Under the pieces are notes generated by a model that worked only from the letters and a program-made list of their open reading frames with translations, did not search any database and was not told the origin of the DNA. From assembly GCF_000009045.1 (NCBI RefSeq), contig NC_000964.3, positions 1,260,001-1,292,000 of the forward strand: 32,000 nucleotides of DNA. The letters are read 5' to 3'. The position numbers and the translations under genes were made by a program. This document shows, in pieces, positions 17,062 to 25,590 of the stretch (positions are counted from its first letter, which is position 1; each line of letters starts with the position of its first letter). This DNA comes from Bacillus subtilis subsp. subtilis str. 168 (GTDB taxonomy: Bacteria > Bacillota > Bacilli > Bacillales > Bacillaceae).

Positions 17062-17457
17062 CTACCTTTTCGCAATCAAATAAAGCGATATGGCTCTTTG
17101 GGTTTGCACAGGATTATGAATGATAATGACCCATTGGTTTCTTCGTCTTGGAAAGCTTGCTACCGCATACAATGGAGCAGTATCGCGCGGAGTGAACCCA
17201 CCATTTATCACGTTGATATCTCTTCCTTCAAGATGACAAACTAAGTATTCACCTGGATTGATGACCTGTTGGTTCGTCCATGCGTAAGAATAAAAGCCGT
17301 CTCCAAGATCTTCGGTGGAAGATGGGGGGACAAAGCCATCTACAGTCAATGTGATTTCTCTTCTTCGCTGTCTTTCTGAAAAGTCTGGACTTCTTTGAGG
17401 GTTATGAGTATGTGAAAAGTAAGGAATTAACGCAGGGCCATAAAAGTAATGATACAA
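17062..17457 (-). CDS. yjdH: Conserved hypothetical protein
   Basis: 131 aa if started at TTG (17457), preceded on the minus strand by AAAGGAG; [14 protein letters not shown]...[30 protein letters not shown]. Confidence 0.8.
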
Positions 17458-17482
17458 AGCAACCACTCCTTTATTTTCCATT

Positions 17483-17497
17483 CATACAAATTGTATG
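17483..17497. promoter_or_regulatory. Palindrome upstream of yjdH (candidate operator)
   Basis: CATACAA-A-TTGTATG, perfect 7-bp arms around one central base. Confidence 0.35.
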
Positions 17498-17685
17498 TGG
17501 GAGTTATTTGTTCATTCCTGTTTTGTTCCATGTAGACTAATAATGGGCTATAGGCGTCCAAGGAAATCAATTTGTCCTTCCGTTGATTCAATGCTAGTAA
17601 CCTTGAAAATGCAGGTTAGGATGATAGAATTTACATATTACTGCAAGAAGTTAGACATACATCATTTTGATAGTGGGTGAAAACA

Positions 17686-18165
17686 ATGGCGAAAAAAATG
17701 GCAAAAACAAATGCGGTTCGTCTGATAGAACAGCAGAACATCTCTTATGAGGTATTAGGGTATAAAACAGACGGCCAGCCGGTAGATGGCATCTCTGTTG
17801 CGGAAAAAATCGGTTATTCTTTGAAATATGTATATAAAACGTTGGTTGCAGCAGCAGGAACAAATCATTATTATGTCTTTGTTGTACCCGTTGCAGAAGA
17901 GTTAGATGTAAAAAAGGCAGCAAAGGTGACAGGGGAAAAGAAAATAGAAATGATTGCAATGAAGGAGCTGTTAGCGGTAACTGGCTATCTTCGCGGCGGC
18001 TGCTCGCCAATTGGCATGAAAAAATTGTTCCCGACCTATATTGATGCATCTGCAGAAACGCTTGATTTTATTATTGTCAGTGCAGGGAAAATCGGTATGC
18101 AGCTAAAGTTGGCGCCACAAGATTTAGCCAGATCATGTGATGCCGCATTTGCAGAAATTGTATAG
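17686..18165 (+). CDS. yjdI: Aminoacyl-tRNA deacylase, YbaK/EbsC family
   Basis: 159 aa; [12 protein letters not shown]...[20 protein letters not shown]...[22 protein letters not shown] typical of YbaK. Confidence 0.9.
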
Positions 18166-18204
18166 ATGCAGATATAGGGGAACGAAAAAGCTTAGTCATA
18201 TCGA

Positions 18205-18399
18205 TTAAGCTTTTTCCGCATCCCTTTCAAATATGATTTCAAAATAAGCAGCTGCCCCATACCCATCTATACTGGGAGCGAAAATCTGAACGAATCTCCA
18301 GCCTCTTTTCGCATAATCATGGATGATTTGCTGGTAGTCTTCTTTAGGCCTTCTTCTCATCGTACTCAGCTCAACTCTTACGAATTCATATTCTTTCAT
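18205..18399 (-). CDS. Small DUF4177-like protein
   Basis: 64 aa [64 protein letters not shown]; RBS aggaggg. Confidence 0.8.
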
Positions 18400-18564
18400 C
18401 GTTTGATCCCTCCTATTAAGGTATACGTAAAATGGAGCGAGAAGTTCCGAAAACCTAGGTTAAGGTCGGAAAGTATATTTCACTCACTAAACAAATCCAT
18501 TTATGCCTGATGCCTGCATGCATCTGGGAAGAGTTAAGGGGCTATAAAAACGAATTTTACCGGG

Positions 18565-18894
18565 TCAGCAGTCCAAATGAATCTCTTGCTTATTGCATTT
18601 GACTGAGTATATAAGTAAAAAAAGAGCGGCCAGAACATATAAGAAGGAGATGATCATTAACGCACTCATAACAGGGTAGTGTTTAGCGGAGTAGATGAAA
18701 AAATCAAGCTGTGAAATTTGTTTGGGGCTGCTGACGGCATCAATTCCATTAAGCAGTTTTGAGAGTTTAGCAGTATAGTTCCAATCAAATCGATCTGAAA
18801 CAAGCTCGCTTCCTTGATACCAATTAACAGCAGCTAAAAACAGAAATACCATAATAGAAAATCCAAGCTGAACAACTAAAAATATTCCCTTCAC
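18565..18894 (-). CDS. yjdJ: Small membrane protein, DUF4306-like
   Basis: 109 aa, GTG start with ggaggt upstream; hydrophobic segments at both ends. Confidence 0.8.
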   Translation of the reverse strand: MKGIFLVVQLGFSIMVFLFLAAVNWYQGSELVSDRFDWNYTAKLSKLLNGIDAVSSPKQISQLDFFIYSAKHYPVMSALMIISFLYVLAALFLLIYSVKCNKQEIHLDC

Positions 18895-19300
18895 TTTTGT
18901 ATGACCTCCAAATCTATGAATATGGGAAAATCAAACAATATATTACCACCGTATGGGTTATTCTTGCAATTTCACTTCCATACAACTCAAACGCAAGTCT
19001 ATTTTTTTGTTTGTTTTTGGCTTATAATACCTGATGATGGAAAAAGAGTGCGGGTTTATAGATTAGAGAAACAAATGTATTTCTTAGCATTTTTTATTTG
19101 TGGAGAGAGTATAGAAGCATTCGATTAGATCTGCTTTTTCACAGAAACGGTTTTCATCTGTTTGCCTGAGCTTTACAATTGGCTGGCAAAAAAACAATGA
19201 TTTCTTTCAATCAAAACATGCAACGATGCGACACATTTTATATCTTGATGACTTATTTCATTGCCTTTAAGTCATCCTATCGAGAAAGCGATGGTATTTT

Positions 19301-19495
19301 ATGAACAAAGAAACCCTAAAAAACATACTCATGATTTTTTCAATATGCGCAACACTCCGAGAAACCGATGGTATGCGCATAGCTGATAGCTGGATTTTGA
19401 GTGAGATTATACGATTTTTGATTTGCATGGTTGTGTTTTTTGCCATGACATTTCTATTAGATGCTGTTTTTCCAAACAAAAAAGAGTCACATTAA
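19301..19495 (+). CDS. Possible small membrane protein
   Basis: 64-aa ORF with one C-terminal hydrophobic segment (FLICMVVFFAMTFLLDAVF); no strong RBS. Confidence 0.3.
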   Translation: MNKETLKNILMIFSICATLRETDGMRIADSWILSEIIRFLICMVVFFAMTFLLDAVFPNKKESH

Positions 19496-19513
19496 TGTGT
19501 GGCTCTTTTTGCA

Positions 19514-20476
19514 TCATCTGATCAGAAACATCATAAATGAATCGATCATCATGATGAAGAACAGCAAGCAAAAATAAATAAGCGAGTAGACAAACATATC
19601 CTTTGCCCACTTCACGTCATCGTCTGTTTTGAATCCTTTGATGCTTTTTTTGATCCATATGCCTCCGAGAACCAAGGCGGCTAAGAAATAAAATGGGCTT
19701 ATATGGCCGGTGCCGAGAGAGAAAGGAAATAATAGCGTGACCGGCACCAGGACGGCAATATATTGCATCATTTTTATTTTTGTTACATGATTGCCTTTGA
19801 CTACTGGCAAGAGCGGAACGCCAGCAGCGCGATATTCCTCTTTGCGTCTTATCCCAATCGCCCAAAAATGCGGCGGCTGCCACAGAAACATAATCGTGTA
19901 CAACAGCACTGCTGTCATACTGAAGTCACCGGTTACGGCACAATACCCCATCAATGGCGGCGCAGCTCCTGGGAAGCTCCCGACAAATGTGCTCCACACA
20001 GACGTTCGTTTCACCCATACCGTATAGATGATCGCATAAAAAATAAAGGCGGCCAGTCCGAGAAAGGCCGTTAATGGATTGAGGGAATAAAGCATGGCAA
20101 GACCTGCGATTCCTAAAACAGAGCCATATGTTAAGATCATGGCTGGCGGCATTTTCCCTGTGACCGAGGCCCTGCTGCGAGTTCGTGCCATTTTTGCGTC
20201 CATATGCCGATCAAAATAGTTGTTATAGACAGTGCCGGAAGCCATCACAAACGCGGTTCCCAACATTGCTGTTACCATTGTCATCAAAAAAGCCAAGCCG
20301 GTTAACGTTTTTTCTGCGCTTGCAAACGCGATCCAAAACCCGCCGAAGGCTGCTATCGAGTTTGATATGATAATGCCCGGCTTTGCAAGTTTGATAAAAT
20401 CGTAAATGGTTACCCGGTTCGAAGCTTTTATGTATTTTGTTTCAGATATGGCTGCAGAATCTCTTGTATTCTCCAA
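19514..20476 (-). CDS. ctaO: Protoheme IX farnesyltransferase
   Basis: 320 aa from TTG start after gggggagg; KLAKPGIIISN...NNYFDRHMDAKMARTRSRASVTGKMPP... UbiA/COX10 motifs. Confidence 0.95.
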   Translation of the reverse strand: MENTRDSAAISETKYIKASNRVTIYDFIKLAKPGIIISNSIAAFGGFWIAFASAEKTLTGLAFLMTMVTAMLGTAFVMASGTVYNNYFDRHMDAKMARTRSRASVTGKMPPAMILTYGSVLGIAGLAMLYSLNPLTAFLGLAAFIFYAIIYTVWVKRTSVWSTFVGSFPGAAPPLMGYCAVTGDFSMTAVLLYTIMFLWQPPHFWAIGIRRKEEYRAAGVPLLPVVKGNHVTKIKMMQYIAVLVPVTLLFPFSLGTGHISPFYFLAALVLGGIWIKKSIKGFKTDDDVKWAKDMFVYSLIYFCLLFFIMMIDSFMMFLIR

Positions 20477-20625
20477 AAATAGACGCCTCCCCCAAAACTG
20501 CATGCTTTTGTTATCGTAACAAGAGGGGGACAGAATCACAATTATTTCCCATATTTGTCATGATATTGTCATTTTTAAAACAAAAAAATGGGGAGCTGGA
20601 CTGCCCCCATTTTGATATGTGGCGA

Positions 20626-20874
20626 CTAGTAACCGTAACCTCCCCCATATCCTCCGCCATAACCTCCGCCGTAACCGTACCAAGGGTAGTAAGGCGGTCG
20701 CGGGCGCGGGTAGTAATAAGGCGGGCGCGGATAAAACGGGTAGAACGGATAATACGGTCTTGGATAATAATAAGGCGGATAAAATGGCGGTCTCGGACGC
20801 GGATAATAATAAGGCTGTCTTTCATCATAAGGGGTAATTTGTTCAAATGACTGTTCATTCAAAGGGTAATCCAA
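20626..20874 (-). CDS. cotT: Spore coat protein T (Pro/Tyr/Arg/Gly-rich)
   Basis: 82 aa from TTG start (RBS gggagg): MDYPLNEQSFEQITPYDERQPYYYPRPRPPFYPP...GGGYGGGYGGGYGY. Confidence 0.95.
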   Translation of the reverse strand: MDYPLNEQSFEQITPYDERQPYYYPRPRPPFYPPYYYPRPYYPFYPFYPRPPYYYPRPRPPYYPWYGYGGGYGGGYGGGYGY

Positions 20875-21127
20875 GAGGAAAACCTCCCTAGCTTTTTTTA
20901 TTCCTTTTACCATATTCCTGATGCTTAAGTTGGGTGTATGTACATTCATGAAATTCGGTTTTTTTTATGATGAAATTCCTTAAAAAGGATTGACATGAAC
21001 TTCTAAATCTCATAGTATTACAAATGTGAAATAAATGTTACTACAATGTTACAAAAACATTTCTAAATAGATACAGTTCCAACTGATGAAGAGTAAATCG
21101 AAATGGCTACGAAAGAAGGAGTTTTTG

Positions 21128-22531
21128 TTGTTGGCAAAAAGAATCAAATGGTTTCATGTATTAATAGCAGTTGTATGTGTGGTGGGCCTTATCGGCTTTT
21201 TCCATAATCATTCATTGAAAAAAGAAACGGTCATGAATAAAGTAAGAACTGATTCTCAATATGGGAATGTTGAGATCGCAACGCTTGTGAATGACGGGAA
21301 AACTTTTAATTACGCGGTAAACTATCCTGTTTTCAAAAATGAAAAAATGGATTCGGCATTAAAAAGATTCGCAGAAAAAGAGGTTCGTCAATTTCAAAAG
21401 GAAACAAAGGACGTTGACCAAGAGCATACGACAAAACGCAACGAATTAAATGTTGATTATAAAATTGTCCATTATGCCAAACAGACAGTGGCGATTGTAT
21501 TTAATGAATATAAATACATCGGCGGGGCACACGGGCAAACCGTGAAAAAAACGTTTAACTATGATTTTAGTAAACAAGCGTTTCTTTCCATTGATGATAT
21601 TTTCAAAGAGGACGCTGACTACTTACATAAGCTTTCGTTAATCGCTTATCACGAGCTGAAAAAGAATAAGGACATTGCCGCGGACGATGCACTGTTAAAG
21701 GAAGGGACGGCTCCGAAAAAAGAAAATTTCAGCCGCTTTGCCATCAAGGAGGATTATATCGAACTTTACTTTGACACATATCAGGTTGCAGCAGGCTATC
21801 TTGGAGAGCAATCGATTGCCATTAAGAAAAGTCTTTTGAAAGACATTCTGAAAGAACAATATATTGATAAAGCAAAAAATAAAAATAAAATCAAAGAACA
21901 AAAGCCGAAGCATGAAGTGATTTCTTTACCCAAAGAGGAAACAGTTGATCCAAATCAAAAAGTCATTGCGCTTACTTTCGACGACGGCCCGAATCCTGCG
22001 ACAACAAATCAGATTCTAGACTCCTTGAAGAAATATAAGGGTCATGCCACGTTTTTTGTTTTGGGGAGCAGAGTTCAATATTATCCGGAAACGCTAATAA
22101 GAATGCTGAAAGAAGGAAATGAGGTTGGGAACCATTCATGGAGCCATCCGCTTCTCACAAGGCTTTCAGTGAAAGAAGCGTTAAAGCAGATCAATGATAC
22201 GCAAGACATCATTGAAAAAATAAGCGGATATCGTCCGACGCTTGTAAGACCCCCATACGGCGGCATTAATGATGAACTGCGGAGTCAAATGAAAATGGAT
22301 GTTGCGTTATGGGATGTTGACCCGGAAGATTGGAAAGACCGTAACAAAAAAACAATTGTTGACCGTGTCATGAATCAGGCGGGAGATGGAAGAACCATTT
22401 TGATTCACGATATTTACCGCACCTCTGCTGATGCGGCCGATGAAATTATAAAAAAGCTCACCGATCAAGGCTATCAATTGGTGACAGTTTCTCAGCTTGA
22501 AGAGGTTAAAAAACAAAGAGAAGCGAAATAA
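21128..22531 (+). CDS. pdaC: Peptidoglycan N-acetylmuramic acid deacetylase
   Basis: 467 aa from TTG 21128 (RBS agaaggag); N-terminal TM, PdaC/DUF3298-type domains, polysaccharide deacetylase motifs TFDDGP, HSWSHP, RPPYGG. Confidence 0.94.
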   Translation: MLAKRIKWFHVLIAVVCVVGLIGFFHNHSLKKETVMNKVRTDSQYGNVEIATLVNDGKTFNYAVNYPVFKNEKMDSALKRFAEKEVRQFQKETKDVDQEHTTKRNELNVDYKIVHYAKQTVAIVFNEYKYIGGAHGQTVKKTFNYDFSKQAFLSIDDIFKEDADYLHKLSLIAYHELKKNKDIAADDALLKEGTAPKKENFSRFAIKEDYIELYFDTYQVAAGYLGEQSIAIKKSLLKDILKEQYIDKAKNKNKIKEQKPKHEVISLPKEETVDPNQKVIALTFDDGPNPATTNQILDSLKKYKGHATFFVLGSRVQYYPETLIRMLKEGNEVGNHSWSHPLLTRLSVKEALKQINDTQDIIEKISGYRPTLVRPPYGGINDELRSQMKMDVALWDVDPEDWKDRNKKTIVDRVMNQAGDGRTILIHDIYRTSADAADEIIKKLTDQGYQLVTVSQLEEVKKQREAK

Positions 22532-22536
22532 ATTAG

Positions 22537-22564
22537 AAAAGGCTGTCCGTACGGACAGCCTTTT
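22537..22564. terminator. Bidirectional terminator pdaC/yjfA
   Basis: Perfect 28-nt palindrome AAAAGGCTGTCCGTACGGACAGCCTTTT. Confidence 0.92.
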
Positions 22565-22570
22565 TTCTAT

Positions 22571-23044
22571 TTAATAAGAGCCTGTGGTGGCCCAAACATT
22601 TAAGTTTGGTCCTGAATACTTGCCGAAAGCGTAAGAAGTCCTTGGATCTAAATCATATACCATCGGTGTATAGCAAGACTTTTGGCCGGCCACCGCTTTT
22701 CCATTGCCGCCTGCAGAATCACAATTATATCTTTTTCCGTCTGTGTTCCGGGTAATCTCCGCATTTGCTTCATAGCCAGACGTCAATGTATTATTCATCG
22801 TGATTTTTGCCCAAGCCGTTTTACATGTACTGCTGAATTTAAGCTCGACTACTCCGATGACTTGATTGCTGGCATTCACTAAGTTTGAGGATTTTTTTGT
22901 AGAGCCGCTGGACGCACAATCATTGTAATAAGGGCTTTTTCCATCGTAGGCATGGGTTTCCGCCTTGGCGGGTGCACCTTTGACGGCAAAAACAAATACT
23001 ACTGCGAATAACACCAATGAAGCCTTCATAAACAGTCTTTTCAA
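22571..23044 (-). CDS. yjfA: Secreted protein, DUF2690 family
   Basis: 157 aa; signal peptide MKRLFMKASLVLFAVVFVFAVKGAPAKA; YYNDCASSGST...VIGVVELKFSSTCKTAWAKI. Confidence 0.9.
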   Translation of the reverse strand: MKRLFMKASLVLFAVVFVFAVKGAPAKAETHAYDGKSPYYNDCASSGSTKKSSNLVNASNQVIGVVELKFSSTCKTAWAKITMNNTLTSGYEANAEITRNTDGKRYNCDSAGGNGKAVAGQKSCYTPMVYDLDPRTSYAFGKYSGPNLNVWATTGSY

Positions 23045-23168
23045 TTTATGACCTCCTTAATATGGCAAACAATAAATCATATGGAGGAACAATCAAAACA
23101 TGCATGCTTTTTTGTGAACAATAAAGGCGGCCGGGAGGATGGAGTTCTTGGCCGCCTCTGGTATGAGG

Positions 23169-23336
23169 TTATGCTTTTACATCAATGGTTTGTCCGAGAG
23201 TTGGATGTTGAATCATCTTTAAGGTTTGATCGGCATTTTGCTGGGCGGTGTCCAGCCTTTTTTTCGTTAAAGCAATATTTACATTCTGGGCAAGGGATGC
23301 TTGATGCATCGCAACCGATAAAGCAGGAATATCCAT
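23169..23336 (-). CDS. yjfB: YjfB family protein (absent from supplied ORF track)
   Basis: 55 aa from ATG 23336 after GGAGGTGG: MDIPALSVAMHQASLAQNVNIALTKKRLDTAQQNADQTLKMIQHPTLGQTIDVKA. Confidence 0.88.
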   Translation of the reverse strand: MDIPALSVAMHQASLAQNVNIALTKKRLDTAQQNADQTLKMIQHPTLGQTIDVKA

Positions 23337-23462
23337 GGTTCCACCTCCTATGCCTTACCTATCGGCGGGTTTGTATGATTTTACAGTGAAAAATGGCTTA
23401 ATTTCTCTTGTTGACCCTTACGCTGCGGCATATCGTATGTTTTTGACAAGGAGGGAATCAGG

Positions 23463-24362
23463 ATGAATCTAGTAATGGAAAAGACCTTTGAGCAATACGA
23501 AAAGCTGTTTTCAATGGAAGAACAGAAAAGAGAAGATGTATTTCGGTATACGATGATGAGGCCGTTTGAAAAGATGTGGACCGCCATCCAAGTTCCGCTG
23601 AAAGCGAAGGAGCCAAACGGCTATGATGTGATCATGGCTGCGAAAATGCTGGGCTATTTGGATGTCCGTGATGCTGAAAGCGGCCAGAAAGCACTACAAA
23701 TACTGAAAGAATCACATGTTTCAGAGACAGCTGAATCTGCACTTCGGCAATGCATATTTTTTGCTGAGCGCGAACAGCTGCGGGTGAATGCAAAGGAGAT
23801 CAAATTCGGCCTTTATATCGCTGATCCAAATAAGCTTCAGCTGCAAAAAGGCTACTGCGGGTTTGGCGGGATACCGGGCTTTATTCATGTATGGATTAAT
23901 CCGAACAGTTATAACCTGCCAAGGATTCCTTCCATTATTGCTCATGAGTTTCATCATAATGTGCGGTTTTCGTATATAGATTTTCATCATGGCTCTGTAA
24001 GTGTCGGGGATTATCTTGTGATTGAAGGATTGGCGGAATCATTCGCCAGAGAGCTGTTTGGTACGGAACGATTGGGCCCTTGGGTAACTCGTTTTGATCA
24101 TGAAGACTTGCAATATTCCATTGATGTGATTAATGAGGTGCTGGATGTGAAAGGATTTTCGGAAGTCAGCCGTTATATGTTTGGTGATCCAATTGCTAAC
24201 GACCAAGGCTTTAAGCCTGCAGGTTTATCGGCTTTTGCGGGTTATGCAGTTGGCTATCATGCCGTTCAGTCATTTATGAATCAACATCATATCACGATAA
24301 GCGAGGCCACACGTTTGGATGCGAAGACCATTATTTCTCAATGCGGTCTGTTTTCTACATGA
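23463..24362 (+). CDS. yjfC: DUF2268-type putative Zn-dependent protease
   Basis: 299 aa; IIAHEFHHNVRF (HExxH) and downstream EGLAESFARELFG; RBS gagggaatcagg. Confidence 0.87.
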   Translation: MNLVMEKTFEQYEKLFSMEEQKREDVFRYTMMRPFEKMWTAIQVPLKAKEPNGYDVIMAAKMLGYLDVRDAESGQKALQILKESHVSETAESALRQCIFFAEREQLRVNAKEIKFGLYIADPNKLQLQKGYCGFGGIPGFIHVWINPNSYNLPRIPSIIAHEFHHNVRFSYIDFHHGSVSVGDYLVIEGLAESFARELFGTERLGPWVTRFDHEDLQYSIDVINEVLDVKGFSEVSRYMFGDPIANDQGFKPAGLSAFAGYAVGYHAVQSFMNQHHITISEATRLDAKTIISQCGLFST

Positions 24363-24370
24363 AAAAAGCG

Positions 24371-24769
24371 TCACATACAGCGGCGCTTTTTGATTCCCAA
24401 AACCAGCAGTTCTATGGCGGCACAGGCGGCAATTCCGATTGTATATGCTTCGATATCGCTCCATAAAAAACCGTACCCTAGTACAAGCCCGCCAAGAGAA
24501 GTATCTCTAATCTGGTCGATCCATTCGGCATGATAGAGCTGGCTGAATTCAATGACAAAACAGAAAGAAAGACTGATAATGCCCGTTATCATTGTCTTCA
24601 GCTTCCGAAATAGAAATCCGCATCCCGTGAAGATCATGGCGGCCCACAACGAGTCTCCCAGATAAGTATTGAGGGTATCAGGAAGAACACTGGAGAATGC
24701 TCTGGATCCAAGCCCCAGCCCAATGATCAGTATGGTGAAAACTGCATATATCCAACGATTTCGCTTCAT
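24371..24769 (-). CDS. yjgA: Membrane protein, DUF2809 family
   Basis: 132 aa; SRAFSSVLPDTLNTYLGDSLWAAMIF and FVIEFSQLYHAEWIDQIRDTSLGGLVLGYGF. Confidence 0.88.
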   Translation of the reverse strand: MKRNRWIYAVFTILIIGLGLGSRAFSSVLPDTLNTYLGDSLWAAMIFTGCGFLFRKLKTMITGIISLSFCFVIEFSQLYHAEWIDQIRDTSLGGLVLGYGFLWSDIEAYTIGIAACAAIELLVLGIKKRRCM

Positions 24770-24869
24770 TGCGAATTGATACCCCGTCTCTGCTTCATCT
24801 CCCTGTATTGTAAGGAATATAGCTTTTATTTGTCCACTAAAAAAGCGGCTGAATAGCCGCGTAGGGTGT

Positions 24870-25445
24870 TTATTTTGCTTTTAGGTTTACATGGTCGGCT
24901 GTCTGATCCGTGCCTATTACAAAATGGAGTTCATAGCGGCCTGTATCATATACATAATCGATTTCATCGGTAAACGGGACGGTTAACACCCGATTTACTG
25001 GTCCTAATTGCTTCTGCAGCACTTCCGGCGTAACTCCGCCTAAATTCAGCTGCCGTTCCACACCGGTTCCAAAGTAGCGGATTTCTGAAATTGTCATGTC
25101 TTTATGATAGGAAAATCCGTAGCCCGGCTGTCCCATATTCCAGTGATATAAATCAAATCGATTGTCTCCCCCGACTGGTCTTTCCGGTTCCCCAAACGCA
25201 GCGTGGACATCCCCTTTTGTGCTTTTGTTAATGGTAAGGCCTTGCGCCTGCTGAGGCATTTCCCCTTTATAGGCGGTGTTATAGAGGTTTTTGACAAGCT
25301 CAGCGGCTGATTGATTCGTGTTTTCTGAGAGTGTGTTTGTTTGAGCTGCGGCCTTTGCCGGTGCTGAAAAGGACGCAGCCCCAAAGCCGGTAAAACAGCT
25401 TGTTACTGCTGCTGCCGCGGTTATAGCAGACATTGTCTTTTTCAT
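24870..25445 (-). CDS. yjgB: Secreted protein, DUF4309 family
   Basis: 191 aa from ATG (RBS aggaggg), signal peptide MKKTMSAITAAAAVTSCFTGFGAASFSAPAKA. Confidence 0.88.
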   Translation of the reverse strand: MKKTMSAITAAAAVTSCFTGFGAASFSAPAKAAAQTNTLSENTNQSAAELVKNLYNTAYKGEMPQQAQGLTINKSTKGDVHAAFGEPERPVGGDNRFDLYHWNMGQPGYGFSYHKDMTISEIRYFGTGVERQLNLGGVTPEVLQKQLGPVNRVLTVPFTDEIDYVYDTGRYELHFVIGTDQTADHVNLKAK

Positions 25446-25590
25446 GTTAATCCCTCCTAATTGATCTACCATTCCGTTTCCCCGTGTTTTTGCAACGAAA
25501 CATGTGAGTGCGCTTTGTATGTTTTATTGAGTTGTTGTAAGGGAACTGAAATAGGTAATTCGGTATATAAAGCAAGAAAGGGGAATGGAG

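Noticed and set aside
17651-18049. 132-aa minus-strand ORF opposite yjdI
   Set aside because: Antisense of a clear YbaK-family gene; low-complexity Phe/Leu/Ser composition.
20437-20850. 137-aa plus-strand Arg/Ile-rich ORF and neighbours opposite cotT
   Set aside because: Antisense of the repetitive Pro/Tyr/Arg/Gly codons of cotT; composition is a shadow of the coat gene.
23048-23389. 113-aa plus-strand ORF in the yjfA-yjfC interval
   Set aside because: Antisense to yjfB, which has a strong SD and recognisable family sequence.
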